Notes: a model not told the origin generated them from the sequence alone. DNA of 63,519 bases, filler included, from Octopus bimaculoides (GCF_001194135.2; 9 parts of 8 records of this genome joined end to end with filler, not necessarily neighbours in it), one strand, 5' to 3'. Numbered from the whole stretch's first letter, positions 39,543 through 53,907 are shown. Translations and numbers: made by a program.

Positions 39543-42500
39543 CTTAATGGTTAGGGTATTTGGATCATGGTCATAAGATCATGAGTTCAATTCCCTGTGG
39601 TGCATCATGACCCTGAGCAAAACACTTTATTTCCAGTTGTTCCAGTTGACTCAGCTGGTTAAAATGAGTAGTATCTGTAATTCAAAGGGCCAGCCTTGTC
39701 AGACTTTGTGTCACGCTGAATCTCCCTGAGAACTATGCTAAGGGTACATGTGTCTGTGGAGTGCTCAGCCACTTGCACGTTAATTTCATGAGAAAGTTGT
39801 GTCATTGATCGGATCAACTGGAACCCGCGTTGTTGTAACCAACCAAGTGCCAAGAGAAAATGATGATGATGATGATGATAATGATGGTGGTGGTGGTGGT
39901 TGTGGTGGTGGTGGTGGTGGTGGTGGCAACAATGATAATGATGAAGAACGCAAGTGAGGAAGAAAACTAGGCAACAATGCTTGAGCATCCATATAAATAA
40001 ACTAAGTGACAGTTATGTACCAAACTTGGTATCTTGCACCAGTGCCATAAATAATACAATGGATATTTAGTAACTTAAATAATATAATAGAATATAACAT
40101 TGGTTAATAACACATTCTGTACAGAGATATTTATGTAACTTTAAATCTAAGATATTACCTGTCTGTAAGTAGAGGAGTTTCAAGGTATAAATTCTGAAAC
40201 AGATTTATGTAAGTATTTTTTAAGATGCATGCAAAGCACCACATTAATATAATAATAAGCAATAAAAGTTAGTTGTTCTATGAAATCACTTTGAGTTGAG
40301 GATTATCTTAGAATTTAAACTAAGATAGTGAGCTGGCAGAATTGTTAGAGTGTGAGAGAAAAGTGCTTTGTGGTATTTTTTCCAGTTCTTTACATTCTAA
40401 GGTCAACTTTGCCTTTCATCCTTTTAGGATTGATAAGATAAATTACCAGTTGAGAACCAGGGCCAATTTTATCAACCAACTTACCCTTTCTCTCAAAATT
40501 GCTGATCTTGCATCAAAAAAATACTTAGCAATTCTTTGTTCTGAGCTCAAATCTTGCCGAGGTCAGCTTTGCTTATCATCTTTCCAGGGTTGATAAAATA
40601 GGTACCAGTTGAGTGCTGGGGCCAATGTAATCAACTAACCCACTTCCCCTAAAAATTGCTGACCTTGTGCCAAAATTTGATATCCTCATTTTAGAATTTA
40701 ATTAAAATGGAATAAATTTAATTAAAATGTATACAGAGTGTATTTTAGTTAGAAATATAAGAACAAAATGGTTGAAGTTTTTTTTATGAGAAAAGGAAAA
40801 ATTTCATAAAAGTCTGAATACAGTTCCAATGTGGATCAAATTTTAAAGGGATTTGATAGCAAGGAGGGCAATGAATGTCAAGGGATAGTAGGCAGTGCAT
40901 CAGTCTCATAATTAAGCAAAGTATGTAGAGGAATCTTTTGAAAGTTGTGAGTTCAATCCTCACCTGGGGCGTGTTTTTTATAGGTGCAGGTGTGGCTGTG
41001 TGGTAAGAAATTTGCTTCCCAACCACATGGTTCTGGGTCCAGTCTCACTGTGTGGCACCTTGGGCAAGAGTCTTCTACTATAGCCCTGGACCAACCAAGC
41101 CTAGAGAGTGGATTTGGTAGAAGTACATGACATATATATACATGTATGTCGGTCTGTGTGAGTTTGTGTCTGTTTGTCTCATATCACCACTTGACAGCTG
41201 GTGTTGGTGTGTTTACATCCCCATAACTTTGTAGGGGGTTGGTAAAACAAGTACTTGGCTTAGAAAAAAAATACTGGGGTCAATTCATTTGACTAAAATT
41301 CTCCAAGGCGGTGCCCCAGCATGGCCATAGTCTAACTACTAAAACAAGTAAAAGATAAAAGACAAGACAAAGGGGTCAATGAACTGGTAGAATCATTAAG
41401 GCACCCGAGAAAATGCTTTGTGGTTGTAGTCTTGCTCTATACATTCTGAGTTCAGATACTGCTGAGGTCAACTTTGCCATTTGTGCTTTCAGGGTCAATA
41501 AAATAGATACCATTTGAACACTGGAGTTGATATAATTGCCTGGCTCCATCCCTCAAAATTTCAGGCCTTGTGCCTATAGTAGAAAGAATGAATTATTTCA
41601 AGAAAGAGAGCAGCAAGCTAGTGGAATCATTAGAGCATTGGAGAAAACTGTTTTATAGTATTTGTTCTGGCTCTCTACATTCTAAGTTCAAATCCTAATA
41701 AGGTCAAATTTGCTTTTCATCCTTTTGGGGTCAATAAAATAAGCACTAGTAGAGCTCTGGGGCCAGTGTAATCGACTTGCCCTTCCCCTCAGAATTGTTG
41801 GCCTTGTACTGAAAATTAGAAAGATATTTATTCCAGCTCTTTTTGCTCTGAGTTCAAATCGTGCCTAAGTCGACTTTGCCTTTTACACCTTGAAGGTTGA
41901 TCAAATAAAGTACCATTGGGGCTGATGGTGTCGGCTAAATTCCTCCCCTCAAAATTTCTGGCCTTGTACCAAAATTTGAAACCCTTATTTATTTCAGTAA
42001 AGGGTTTGCCAAAATTGAAGTGTGAATTATAGTCTTTTGTCGCTGATGAACTGCTGTCAAATATGGTACATAATAGTTTCAAATTTTGGCACAAGGCCAG
42101 CAAGTTCAGGTAAAGTTACCTTTTCGAGTCATGCCAACTGATAAGGACCATTTTCCCGGTTTCATGGCATATAAATTCCCCACCTGGATGGGATACCAGT
42201 CCATCGCAGAATTACTCATTTTTGCCAGCTGAGTGAACTGGAGCAATGTGAAGTGAAGTGTTTAGCTCAAGAACACAATGTGTCACCCCGTCCAGGAATC
42301 GAAACCACAATCTTACGATTAGTTCAACATCCTAACCCTAAGTTCAGGGAATGGGGCTCAGTCAATTACAATGACCTTAATGCTCAACTGCTACTTATTT
42401 TATCAACTCGAAAAGGATGAAAGGATACGTCAACCACAGCAGAATTTGAACTCAGAACATAAAGACAGACAAAATGCCACTAAGCATTTTGCCTGGCTGG

Positions 42501-43020
42501 CTAATGATTCTGCCAGCTCACTGCCTTATAAATATGATACATAATGAGATGGCTAAATTAATAGGGTAACGAGCAAACCAATTAAGAGGTTGAGGGTTTG
42601 AATTTTGCCACTGTCTGTGATCAATGTAAACAACATAGTCGTTATACCTGTCTACCAAGCTATAAATAGCCACTACAGGATAGAAACAACTTACCGTCAT
42701 TGAAATACATTCCAGTTTTGATGATTCTGTTTATTTGTATATCAAGGACAATGTTGTCTAATGTGTCCTTCTTTATTTAAGACAATAAATAGAGTGATTT
42801 GTGGGAGATTTGGCTGCCATTTCTAGCAGTTTGAGTGACCATGTAGAAACATCCCCATAAGATTAAAAAGTGGTCTGTCCTATTGCAGCATTAAATTCAA
42901 ACACCTTTTGTTGGTGTGGGTTGAAGAGGAGTGGGCTTCACTTCAGTAGACTAATTTGTTCCAGATAAGAATAACATGACATACAGACAATGGTGTGCTC
43001 AATAAATTACTGCTGCATCA

Positions 43021-43054
<34 letters not shown>

Positions 43055-43537
43055 GGTGGTGGTGGCAGTGGTAATGATGTTGCTGCCACCGACAATGATG
43101 ACGGTCATGATGATGATGATGATGATGACAACAATGTTGCTGCTGCTGCTGTCAATGATAATAATGATGATGATTGCAGCTGTGGTGGCTGCTGTTATGT
43201 AAAGACAGATGTAAATACCTGTCTGTGTTTATCTTTGTGAACAGAAAAAGAGAGAGAGAGAGAGAGAGAAGAGTAGTTTCAATTCTACGCTAAGACTTCA
43301 TCAGTGAATAAGTATCTTCATTATCTTCTCACACTGCTTATAAACCCACTATCACATGGCCTGGCTGTGTGGTTAAGAAGTTTGCCTCTCAGCCATGTGG
43401 GCTTGGGTTCAGTCCCACTGCGTGGCACACTTTGGGCAAGTGTCTTTTACTATAACCTTGGGATGACATCAAAGCCTTGCAAATGGATTTGATAGACAGA
43501 AACTGAAAGCACATCATATATATATACATACATACAT

Positions 43538-43588
<51 letters not shown>

Positions 43589-44765
43589 CACTTGTGCCAG
43601 TGGAGCGCTAACAGCACCATCCAAGTGTGATCATTGCCAGAGCAGCTGTCTGGCTTCCATGCCGGTGGCNNNNNNNNNNTAGAGTGAGGTCATTGCCAGT
43701 GCCGCTGGACTGGTTCCTGTGCAGGTGGCACTTAAAAAACACCATTTGAGCGTGGCCGTTGCCAGTACTGCCTGACTGGCCCTTATGCCGGTAGCATGTA
43801 AAAGCACCCAATACACTCTCGGAGTGGTTGGCGTTAGGAAGGGCATCCAGCTGTACAAACTCTGCCGGACCAGATTGGAGCCTGGTGTAGCCATCCGGTT
43901 CGCCAGTCCTCAGTCAAACTGTCCAACCTATGCCAGCATGGAAAGCGGACATTAAACGATGATGATGATACACACACACACATGAATTAGAAGCACCTCA
44001 TGATATATAAACAAAATCGAAGACACATACACAAGATGTGTGTGTTGTTGGTTTGTGGGTTGGCTGCATTTTAGGTGTAAGAGAATATATTCTCGATGTG
44101 CCTGATGTTAAAAACACTTGAAGGTAAGTCATAGGCAGACAAGACAACTCACATCAGGTCCCTTCTTGGAGCGACAGACATTGATGTTTTGTCATTGTTG
44201 TGTCTTTTCAATGCCACGTACCAAACAAGGCCTGCAGCAAGCCATATCGCTGACTATGACTATATGCAAAATGGTTTGAGAACCATCTGCAGACATGTCC
44301 CAATGTTTCATGTCATGGAAAAAAATTCAATATGAATTAGAAGCACTCCAAGGTCTATAAACAAAACTGAACACACATACACAAGGTGTGTGTTAGTTCA
44401 TGGGTCAAGGGTATTTCTGTCTTCTAAGGATATTTACCTATTTTCTCAGCTATTCTGCATTTGAGATTTACTTTATTTCCCATAAAGTATGTGTGTGTGC
44501 GTGTGTGTGTGTGCTTGTCTTGACATTATGTAATGGCTGTAAACAAGCGTAATGTACATTTCCAGTCTTCCATGAAAAATGTGCCTAGCCATGGGGAAAG
44601 TAATTCCTTGCTTGGAAACAGCAGGGTGTTATTTCCCCATATGAGGTGAGGTGAGGAAAAGCATCTTGGCTGTAAAAAAATTCACTTCTACAAATTCTGT
44701 CTGATGCATGCAAGCACGGGGAAAGTGGACACTAATGATGATGATGATGGTAGTGGTCGTGGGAG

Positions 44766-44806
<41 letters not shown>

Positions 44807-45241
44807 TTCAAAATGAAATTGTTTGAAACCAAGCTTTGTCAAATGTCAAATATTTTTCTTTTTTTGCACACACTAGACCAAACACATCAGCATCATTTAG
44901 TTTCTTTCTTGTTATTTATCAATACATCTTGGTCACAACATCTATAAGACTGGTATCATCATCATTATCATTGTTGTTGTTGTTTACATCTGCTTCTTTG
45001 ATGCTGGCATGGGTTAGATGTAATTTATGAATACAGTATTTCACAGTGGATCTTTCCTTGTTTTACACATAAAGTATTTTTATTCCATTAGTCTTAGCAT
45101 ATTCATCATCACCATTGTCATCATCATCTTCATCATCATCACCACCACCATCGTTATCTTCATCATCATCATGAACTGCTAAGCATTACTTTTTCAAATC
45201 CTAGTATTCATGGGGCTGGTTGCCTGGTTTCCATGGTGTTT

Positions 45242-45655
45242 GCCCTTTAGTATTTTGACTCTAGTGTACGTGTTAGGGGCCACATTGACGACAAGTTAGG
45301 GTTTGTTTTGACCCCACTATAGAGTTAGGAGCTACACTAACTCTCTTATGCAAGCTAGTGGTTACATTTATTCTGCTATGCAAGTTAAAGGTACATCGAC
45401 CCTACCATACATGTTAGGGGCTATGTTGACTCTGCTATAGAAGATAGGGATTACACTTAGTCTACTACACAAGCTAGGGGCTATATTGTTTCTTATACTC
45501 AAACTAGGGATTACATCGACTCATCTGTACAAGTTAGAGGTTACATTGACATTGCTATTCAAGTTAGAGGATATTCTTATTCTGTTATTGAAGTTATGAC
45601 AGCATTGATTCTACTATACAAACTAGGACCTACATTGTGCCTACATTACAAGCTT
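45242..45655. repeat. Diverged 30-bp minisatellite, about 14 units
   Basis: Units such as GTTAGGGGCTATGTTGACTCTGCTATAGAA and GTTAGAGGTTACATTGACATTGCTATTCAA. Confidence 0.85.
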
Positions 45656-45703
45656 GAGAAACCTCAGCATTATTATATTCATAGACAATTCTATCATAAA
45701 AAA

Positions 45704-46046
45704 CAGTGGTTCTTCACCATTTTCTATCTATGGACCCCTTTGATTTTTAGCCATTTGATGTTTAAAAAATCCCATTATAGTTTTTGTAATTAAATATTAT
45801 CAGGAATTGTATTAAAAAATTGTTAAAATATTTTTCATATTGTAGAAATAGGCGCAGGAGTGACTGTGTGGTAAGTAGCTTGCTTACCAACCACATGGTT
45901 CCGGATTCATTCCCACTGCGTGGCACCTTGGGCAAGTGTTTTCTACTATAGCCTCAGGCCGACCAGAGCTTTGTGAGTGGATTTGGTAGACAGAAACTGA
46001 AAGAAGCCTGTCGTATATATGTATATATATAAATATATATATATAC

Positions 46047-46082
<36 letters not shown>

Positions 46083-46368
46083 CTGTGTTTGTTCCCCCAA
46101 CAAACACAGTGGTGTGTTTACGTCCCCGTAACTTAGCAGTTCGGCAAAAGAGACCGATAGAATAAGTACTAGGCATCCAAAGAATAAGACCTGGGGTCGA
46201 TTTACTCAACTAAAGGCGGTGCTCCAGCATGGCCACAGTCAAATGACTGAAACAAGTAGAAGAGTAAAAGAGTAAAAAGTATATAACAAATTCATTGCAG
46301 ATAAACTTTAACAATAAAATCTTACATGGATCCCCAAGGGCCATATGGACCTCAGTTGAGAACTACTG
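45704..46368. mobile_element. hAT-type MITE interrupted by a family B SINE (about 45849-46275)
   Basis: Termini CAGTGGTTCTTCACC and CAGTTGAGAACTACTG resemble hAT/Charlie TIRs. Confidence 0.65.
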
Positions 46369-46642
46369 ATGGAAAAGTTTGTAATGGTTGAGGTGAATAA
46401 GAGAACATTTAGCTGTTAATTCTCCAGAAAGAAAGGGAAGTCTATGTATAAATCATTCATGGATTTTGGTGAGGCACAAAGCGAGCTTTCATAAAACACA
46501 GCTGAGTAAACATACATAATATGTCCGATAGATTCAGGTTCATATTTTATTGATTGTAGAGAAGAAAAGTCATGTTGACTTCACTGATGTTTGAACTCAG
46601 AACAGTGAAGTACTTAATTAATTATGGTAGAATACTATAGTG

Positions 46643-47164
46643 CAGGGGTTTTCAAACTGTGGTCCGCAGACCACAGGGGGTCCGCAAGGACAAGACAAGG
46701 GGTCCGTAGACAGCAAATACTTTTTATGGGCAATTTGATTTTATACATGGTTTTTAATCGAAATCTTTTAATTGACAATAAACCTATTTGTTAAATACTG
46801 TTAAATAAATAAATGTAAAAATATATGTTATTTTAACCCTTTAGCATTTAAACCGGCCATATCCGGCCAACAGTATTCTGCCTATTCTATGTTCAAACTG
46901 GCCAGATCTGGTCTCTCATACCAACCCTACAATATCGTTTTAAAAATTAACAGCTACCTCATCAAAATCTCATAGCTACGAGTTAATGCATGATTAGTTC
47001 AAAACAATGTGGATAAAAAAGCATTAATTATGGCAGAATAATGTGAACACTAAAGGGTTAAGCAAATATTTATGTATAAATTTCATAAGCATTTATAAGG
47101 GGTTCCCTAAGGTAGAGCCTGAAATATAAAGGGGTCCGCAAGTCAAAAAGTTTGAAAACTCCTG
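46643..47164. mobile_element. hAT-type MITE with a perfect 8-bp target-site duplication
   Basis: TIRs CAGGGGTTTTCAAACT and AGTTTGAAAACTCCTG; CTATAGTG duplicated at 46635-46642 and 47165-47172. Confidence 0.9.
46837..47057. mobile_element. piggyBac-type MITE nested in the hAT MITE
   Basis: TTAA-CCCTTTAG...CTAAAGGG-TTAA. Half copies lie near 19536 and 23800-23916. Confidence 0.85.
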
Positions 47165-48644
47165 CTATAGTGCAAAATATTACAGTCATGGTTATTTCCA
47201 CTGCTCTGTGAATTATAATGCATCATACCGGTTTCAAGTGAATAGATCATCATCATCGTCGTTGTTGTTGCCATCATTTAACATCCGTTTTCCCTGCTGG
47301 CATGGGTTGGATGGTTTGACAGAAGCTAGTCAGCTGAAGAGCTGCCCAGGCTCCATGTTTGCTTTGACTTGGTTTCTATGGCCGGATGCCTTTCCTAACA
47401 CCAACCACTTCACAGAATGTACTGGGTGCTTTTACGTAGTGCTTTTATATGGCACTGCAAAGGTGCTTTTACATGGTACCTGTACAGGTGCTTTTTACAC
47501 AGTACCAATACCCACAAGCCTGCAAGGTTCATCATCATCATCATCATCATCATCGTCATCCTTTACTGTCCATTTTCCATGCTGGCATAAGTTGGACGGT
47601 TTAACAGGAGCTGGCTAGCTGAAAAGCTTCCTGGGTTCCATGTCTGTTTTGGTATGGTTCCTATAACTGGATGCCCTTCCTAATATCAATCGCTTTACAA
47701 AGTGTGCTGGGTACTTTTACGCAGCACTGGCATGAGAGCTTTTATGTGCAACTGGCTCGAGGGCATTTTATATGGCACCAGCTCCAACAAACCTGCAAGA
47801 TTAGGATCACTCAGCTGAAAAGGGATGTAGGGGACTGTTCAGTTGAACAGATATTTTAATCAATTTCTGGAAATATAATATTAATCTGACTAATGAAGAT
47901 TATCAGATAAGTTATTGAACATGTGTGTGTGTGTGTGTGTGTGTGCATGTGTGTGTGTGCATGTGTGTGTGTGCATGCGCATGTGTTTGTGTGGATGTGT
48001 TTGTGTGGATGTGTTTGTGTGGGTGTATGTTTGTGTGTGTGTGTGTCCAGAAATTTTTTGCTGATTTTACTGAGGGTAGAGTTNNNNNNNNNNNNNNNNN
48101 NNNNNNNNNNNNNNNNNNNNNNNNNNNNNNNNNNNNNNNNNNNNNNNNNNNNNNNNNNNNNNNNNNNNNNNNNNNNNNNNNNNNNNNNNNNNNNNNNNNN
48201 NNNNNNNNNNNNNNNNNNNNNNNNNNNNNNNNNNNNNNNNNNNNNNNNNNNNNNNNNNNNNNNNNNNNNNNNNNNNNNNNNNNNNNNNNNNNNNNNNNNN
48301 NNNNNNNNNNNNNNNNNNNNNNNNNNNNNNNNNNNNNNNNNNNNNNNNNNNNNNNNNNNNNNNNNNNNNNNNNNNNNNNNNNNNNNNNNNNNNNNNNNNN
48401 NNNNNNNNNNNNNNNNNNNNNNNNNNNNNNNNNNNNNNNNNNNNNNNNNNNNNNNNNNNNNNNNNNNNNNNNNNNNNNNNNNNNNNNNNNNNNNNNNNNN
48501 NNNNNNNNNNNNNNNNNNNNNNNNNNNNNNNNNNNNNNNNNNNNNNNNNNNNNNNNNNNNNNNNNNNNNNNNNNNNNNNNNNNNNNNNNNNNNNNNNNNN
48601 NNNNNNNNNNNNNNNNNNNNNNNNNNNNNNNNNNNNNNNNNNNN

Positions 48645-48720
<76 letters not shown>

Positions 48721-50090
48721 TATTTATATACGATGGGCTTCTTTTCAGTTTCTGTTTACCAAATCCATTCTCAAAGTATTAGTCGGCCCGAGACTATAGT
48801 AGAAGACACTAGCCCAAAGTGTCACGCAGTAGAACTGAACCTGGAATCAAGCTTCTTACCACACAGCTATGTCTGTACCTTGATCTTTTTAAAGATATTT
48901 TGCAGTGTTTGCTCGAGTGTGAGGGCATCCAGCCGTAAAAACCAGGCCACAGCAAACTGTGGAGCTTAGTGCAGTACTCTGGCTTACCAATTCCTGTTAA
49001 ACCATCCAACCAATGCTAGTATGGAAAACAGATACTAAATGATAATGACGATGATGATGATGATACATATATGTGTGTGTGTGTGTGTGTGTGTATTTAT
49101 TTGACATCATAAGAAACTAAAAATTTTCAAGAGAACGTGAAATAATTCGTTTTTGGAACTGGATCGTGAAGTACAAATAAAGCTATAAATATAAACATGT
49201 AAATATTGGTTTGAAAAACAGTTTTGGATACAAAAATTCAAAGCCTACTCATGAATAGGGTTTTTTTTTCAACCCCATATATACATGTTGTTATTCATAG
49301 CTTTACATGTACTTCAAGATCCAATTCCAAACAGGAATACAGGAATTATATATNNNNNNNNNNNNNNNNNNNNNNNNNNNNNNNNNNNNNNNNNNNNNNN
49401 NNNNNNNNNNNNNNNNNNNNNNNNNNNNNNNNNNNNNNNNNNNNNNNNNNNNNCACACACACACCGGTACATGTTACACCTTTCCTTCTGCTATCATTTC
49501 TTTGCCATTGTACTTAGTTAAGTTAAGGCTTCTGCAGATAAGGAAGGTTATCATGTGACCATTTAGATATTCCTTAAAGCCATACATGTACACATGCGTG
49601 AGTGCATATGTGTGTGTGTGCTTTATGTGTGTGTGTGTGTGTGTGTGTTTTGTGTGTGTGTGTGTGTGTTTGAGAATGTAGGTAGCATTAACATTATATG
49701 ACAGGGAAGAAGGATATATAAACAGAGTTGATTTCATTTTGGTGAAATGACAGTTATGCTGTTGCCTACAACATTATTGCATGGGCGTGTAAATGTGTGA
49801 ATGTGTGTGTGTGTGTGTATGTGTATGGATGTAGATGTATATATGTATATGTGTGTTGTATATATGTGTGTGTGTGTGTATGGATGTAGATGTATATATG
49901 TATATACATATATGTATGCATATATGTATGTGTATAAATATATATATGTATCTGTATAGATGCATATATATATATATATATATATATATANNNNNNNNNN
50001 NNNNNNNNNNNNNNNNNNNNNNNNNNNNNNNNNNTTAATTAATTAANNNNNNNNNNNNNNNNNNNNNNNNNNNNNNNNNNNNNNNNNNNN

Positions 50091-50128
<38 letters not shown>

Positions 50129-51404
50129 GCAAATATGCAAACACCCACAATAATGCCCGCTAGCCATCGGGAAGACTAGGAGGTCAACGATAGTTGCTCC
50201 GCAATGAGACGCACGTGACATAACGTTAGTCATATTACGACATCTCGATTAGACTATGATCTCCTTTTCGGTTTCTGATTATTTTTTTCTCAATGTGAAC
50301 TCTTATAAATTCGGGAGCGCATTTTTTAATGTTTATTCTTGCTTTTAAATAATCTTTCCTATCCAAAACAAAACATTTCTGTAAAATCAATTTTACGATC
50401 CAAATTGGACAGAGCATCGATGGAAGATAGTCAAAAAAATTTGGACATTTATGGAAACTGAGAACAATGACGTCGTAAAGTGTGATTTGCACTTCTTTAG
50501 TAACGTTCTATTGCAAATGAAACCGACCTCTGTTGCGGTTCGTACAGCATGAATTTATTTCCAAACGTAGAACTGAAAATAGCTTGTTATCCCATAAATT
50601 TGATATGCGTGAAATTATTGACGAATTGCGTGAAAATCAAATGACTAATAAGGAGGTGTGGTTTGTTCGTTTGAATTTTGATCAAAACAGTATTTTTTTT
50701 TCTCCCGAAAAGTATAAAAACAAGATACGAGATAGAGGTGTTCAGTAAAGATGTCGCAATCTCATTCGTCGCAGTGCCGTGAACCAGAGCAACGACAGTC
50801 CTAAATATAAAAGGAATTGTTACCATGTTATGTATATTTTTTCTTTATCTTTTTGATTCCGGCGTCATTTTCAGAAATGTGTTCTACTCTCTGAGTAAGA
50901 CAAACACATGAACAAGAATTATCTTGAATATCCAGACACGTTCAAAAGATGCAGCACGAAGGCAGAATCTTAAAATTTGGCGTAGCAAAATCTGGATAAT
51001 AAAACTACAACACACAGGCGAACGAAGTCCTAAACAAAACACCAATTGAGAAGAGTGACTCAGTCTATAAGCTTTCCCTAAACTTTTTTTTTTCTTTTTG
51101 TTGCGGACCTTAAACTCATATAAAATGTACCGATTTCAGAAGAAAGACACTTAAATGAAAGATGACAACGAAAAGCGCACGTTAATGTCGAAAACTTAAT
51201 CAATGATGTTTCGTAAGCTGGGGAAGAAAACCAGTTTAGAAACGGTTTATAAACAATGTACGAAACAAGGTTGAGGAAGATAAACTTGATTAAATTATAA
51301 GTAAAGCAATAAATTTGAGTTTNNNNNNNNNNNNNNNNNNNNNNNNNNNNNNNNNNNNNNNNNNNNNNNNNNNNNNNNNNNNNNNNNNNNNNNNNNNNNN
51401 NNNN

Positions 51405-51444
<40 letters not shown>

Positions 51445-51589
51445 TATATACACACATACATACATACATACATACATACATACATACATACAAACATATA
51501 TGTATTTATGTATATAGTATATAATAATTAATGCAGGATAGGAATATGTACTATATATGTGTGCGTATGTGTACACACACATACACACT

Positions 51590-51640
<51 letters not shown>

Positions 51641-52086
51641 GTGTGTGTGTGTATATATGTATATATTTCATTATTTTTTTCAAAAATGTTTGTTGCGTCT
51701 TGTAAACTTTTCAATAATCGTTGACTCTGTCGGTTATCTCAGTTGCATTCTTTTTGTTTGTTTGTGCGCATGTGTGCGAGAGTGTGCATGTGTATACACA
51801 TATGTATGTGTGTAAGTATGTCTGTGTATATATATGCATGTGTGTGTATGCATATATACTCATACAAACCCACTTCCATGCAGGGCCTCAACATAGGGGC
51901 GGGCAAACGACTGAAACAAGTAAAAGATAATATATATATATATAATAAACTTTTATAGTTTGCTTCATGCATCGTATATGGACTATAATGTTGAAAGATG
52001 TAAAAGGCTAAACAATATAAACAGATTTGAAGATGAGGTAACGTAAACTAAAAATAAGTTACCTGGCAATCTTTGTTCTTATGTGT

Positions 52087-52125
52087 ATCCAATATTTCGG
52101 GACATACACGTCCCTTCTTCAGGGT
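52087..52125 (-). ncRNA. Minimal hammerhead ribozyme-like motif
   Basis: CC-CTGAAGA-A-GGGACgtgtatGTCCC-GAAATATT-GG: intact core, 5-bp stem II, palindromic ATAT stem III, short stem I. Confidence 0.55.
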
Positions 52126-53207
52126 TAAAAAGGAACTGTCCTTGGTTAGATGTTTCCTGTCGAAGATAAAATAATTTTATGATTATTTGAATTTTTAACC
52201 GTTTCTCTTTAAATATTCATAAATATATATACATATATTCCTTTATGCGTTTATATACATACGTTTATACATACATACACACATATGTATATGCACATGC
52301 ACACTTATGCACACACATGTGCACAAACAAACAAAAAAGAATGCAGCTCTGATAATGGACAGAGTCAACGACTATTTGCAAGACGAAACGAACATTTTAG
52401 TAAAAAAAAAATAAGCAAACGATTGGAAATCCACACAGTGGTATATATACAAGAGAAGAGTAGTAGAAAGAGAAGGAAAGAAAGAAAGGAAGAAAGCGAT
52501 ATCTCAGTGATGGAGAGACGGGGTAAAACGGAGAGAAAGGAAGATAAAAATACCATATATTTTACAATGTTTGAACTGCGGAGCACTCATTCCATCTGTT
52601 GCGAAGGAGTAGATGAAAAAAGATGTCACATATCCTTCTCCCGTGTCTTATTTTGAGCAATTCCTTTCCGTAATGACGCTACGACATCACTTCCGGTTTT
52701 ATTTGGTCCACATCAAGGCACAATTTTCTAATTGACATGTTCCTAACTTTATGAACGTATGTACGTACGAAAGAACGCAGATTTTGTTTCTCGTACGTAA
52801 AAATCATCATCATGCCCAATTGCAAATACTATTTACCTCTGCAAATATTATTTACCTTCATTTTAAAGCATTTATTTCATTAATATTGTTTTTCATCAAG
52901 TTTCTAAAACAGGACAGTTGTGGCTTAGGAGATTTAAGATCACCTACATTCTGTTATCTAACGTACAACTTGTTTTTATTTTCTTTCTCATATATTGTTA
53001 AATGAAACGCTGCCTCTCTTCAAGAACTTATGTAATTTTATGTGCCCTCTGAAATTTGACTGCTATTTCTAATTTATCAGAGTTCACCTTGAGAAAAATA
53101 CATAATTATTTTGTGAGACTGCTCCCACATCGTGATCGTAATCTGATGATAGTTTGGCTTATATTTCTAGCAAATTAGCAAATTCATTCATTTTATTTCT
53201 CTTTCTC

Positions 53208-53239
<32 letters not shown>

Positions 53240-53871
53240 TCTAAGTCTTCTCCTCCACTTCCTATATTTTCCTCTTCCTCTTCTTCGTTTTATTTTATTT
53301 CTTTTCATTATTCGTCTAATCCTTGTTCTTCTACTACTTTTCTTCTTATCCTCCTCTTGTTTTTCATCTTTTTCTTCATCCTCTCTGTCTTCACCTCCTC
53401 ATCCTCACCTCTTCTTTCTTTTTCTTCTTCTTATTCTTCTTCTTCTTCTTCTTCTTCTTCTTCTTCTCTTTCATCTTCTTCATTTTCTTCTCTGTCTACT
53501 TTTCCTTCAGCTTCTCGTTTTTATCTTCTAATTCTTCTCCTTTCTCTCTACATCCTAACCTCCTTCACCCCTCCTTCTCCAAGTCCTTCTTCTTCTTCTT
53601 CTTCTTCTTCTTCTTCTTCTTCTTCTCCTCCTCCTTCTTCTCTCCATCGTTGTCTAAAATCATCATTTTTCCTGCATTGCCATAGTCAAAACAATGTCAA
53701 GTGACGTCCAGAAATATTTCCCGATTTATAGCTGACTGCATTCACGTTTAAATGCTCGGCCATGTTCGGTCTTCGACAGACTAGCGTAATGTTTTCCAAA
53801 GGATATCTCATTAATCTCAAATATGTGACTTTCAACCGATCTAGAAGAGAAACAACTGCGCNNNNNNNNNN

Positions 53872-53907
<36 letters not shown>

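Noticed and set aside
53686-53840. Candidate minus-strand terminal exon after CTCTTCTAG
   Set aside because: Two frames are open for similar lengths, there is no motif and no partner exon.
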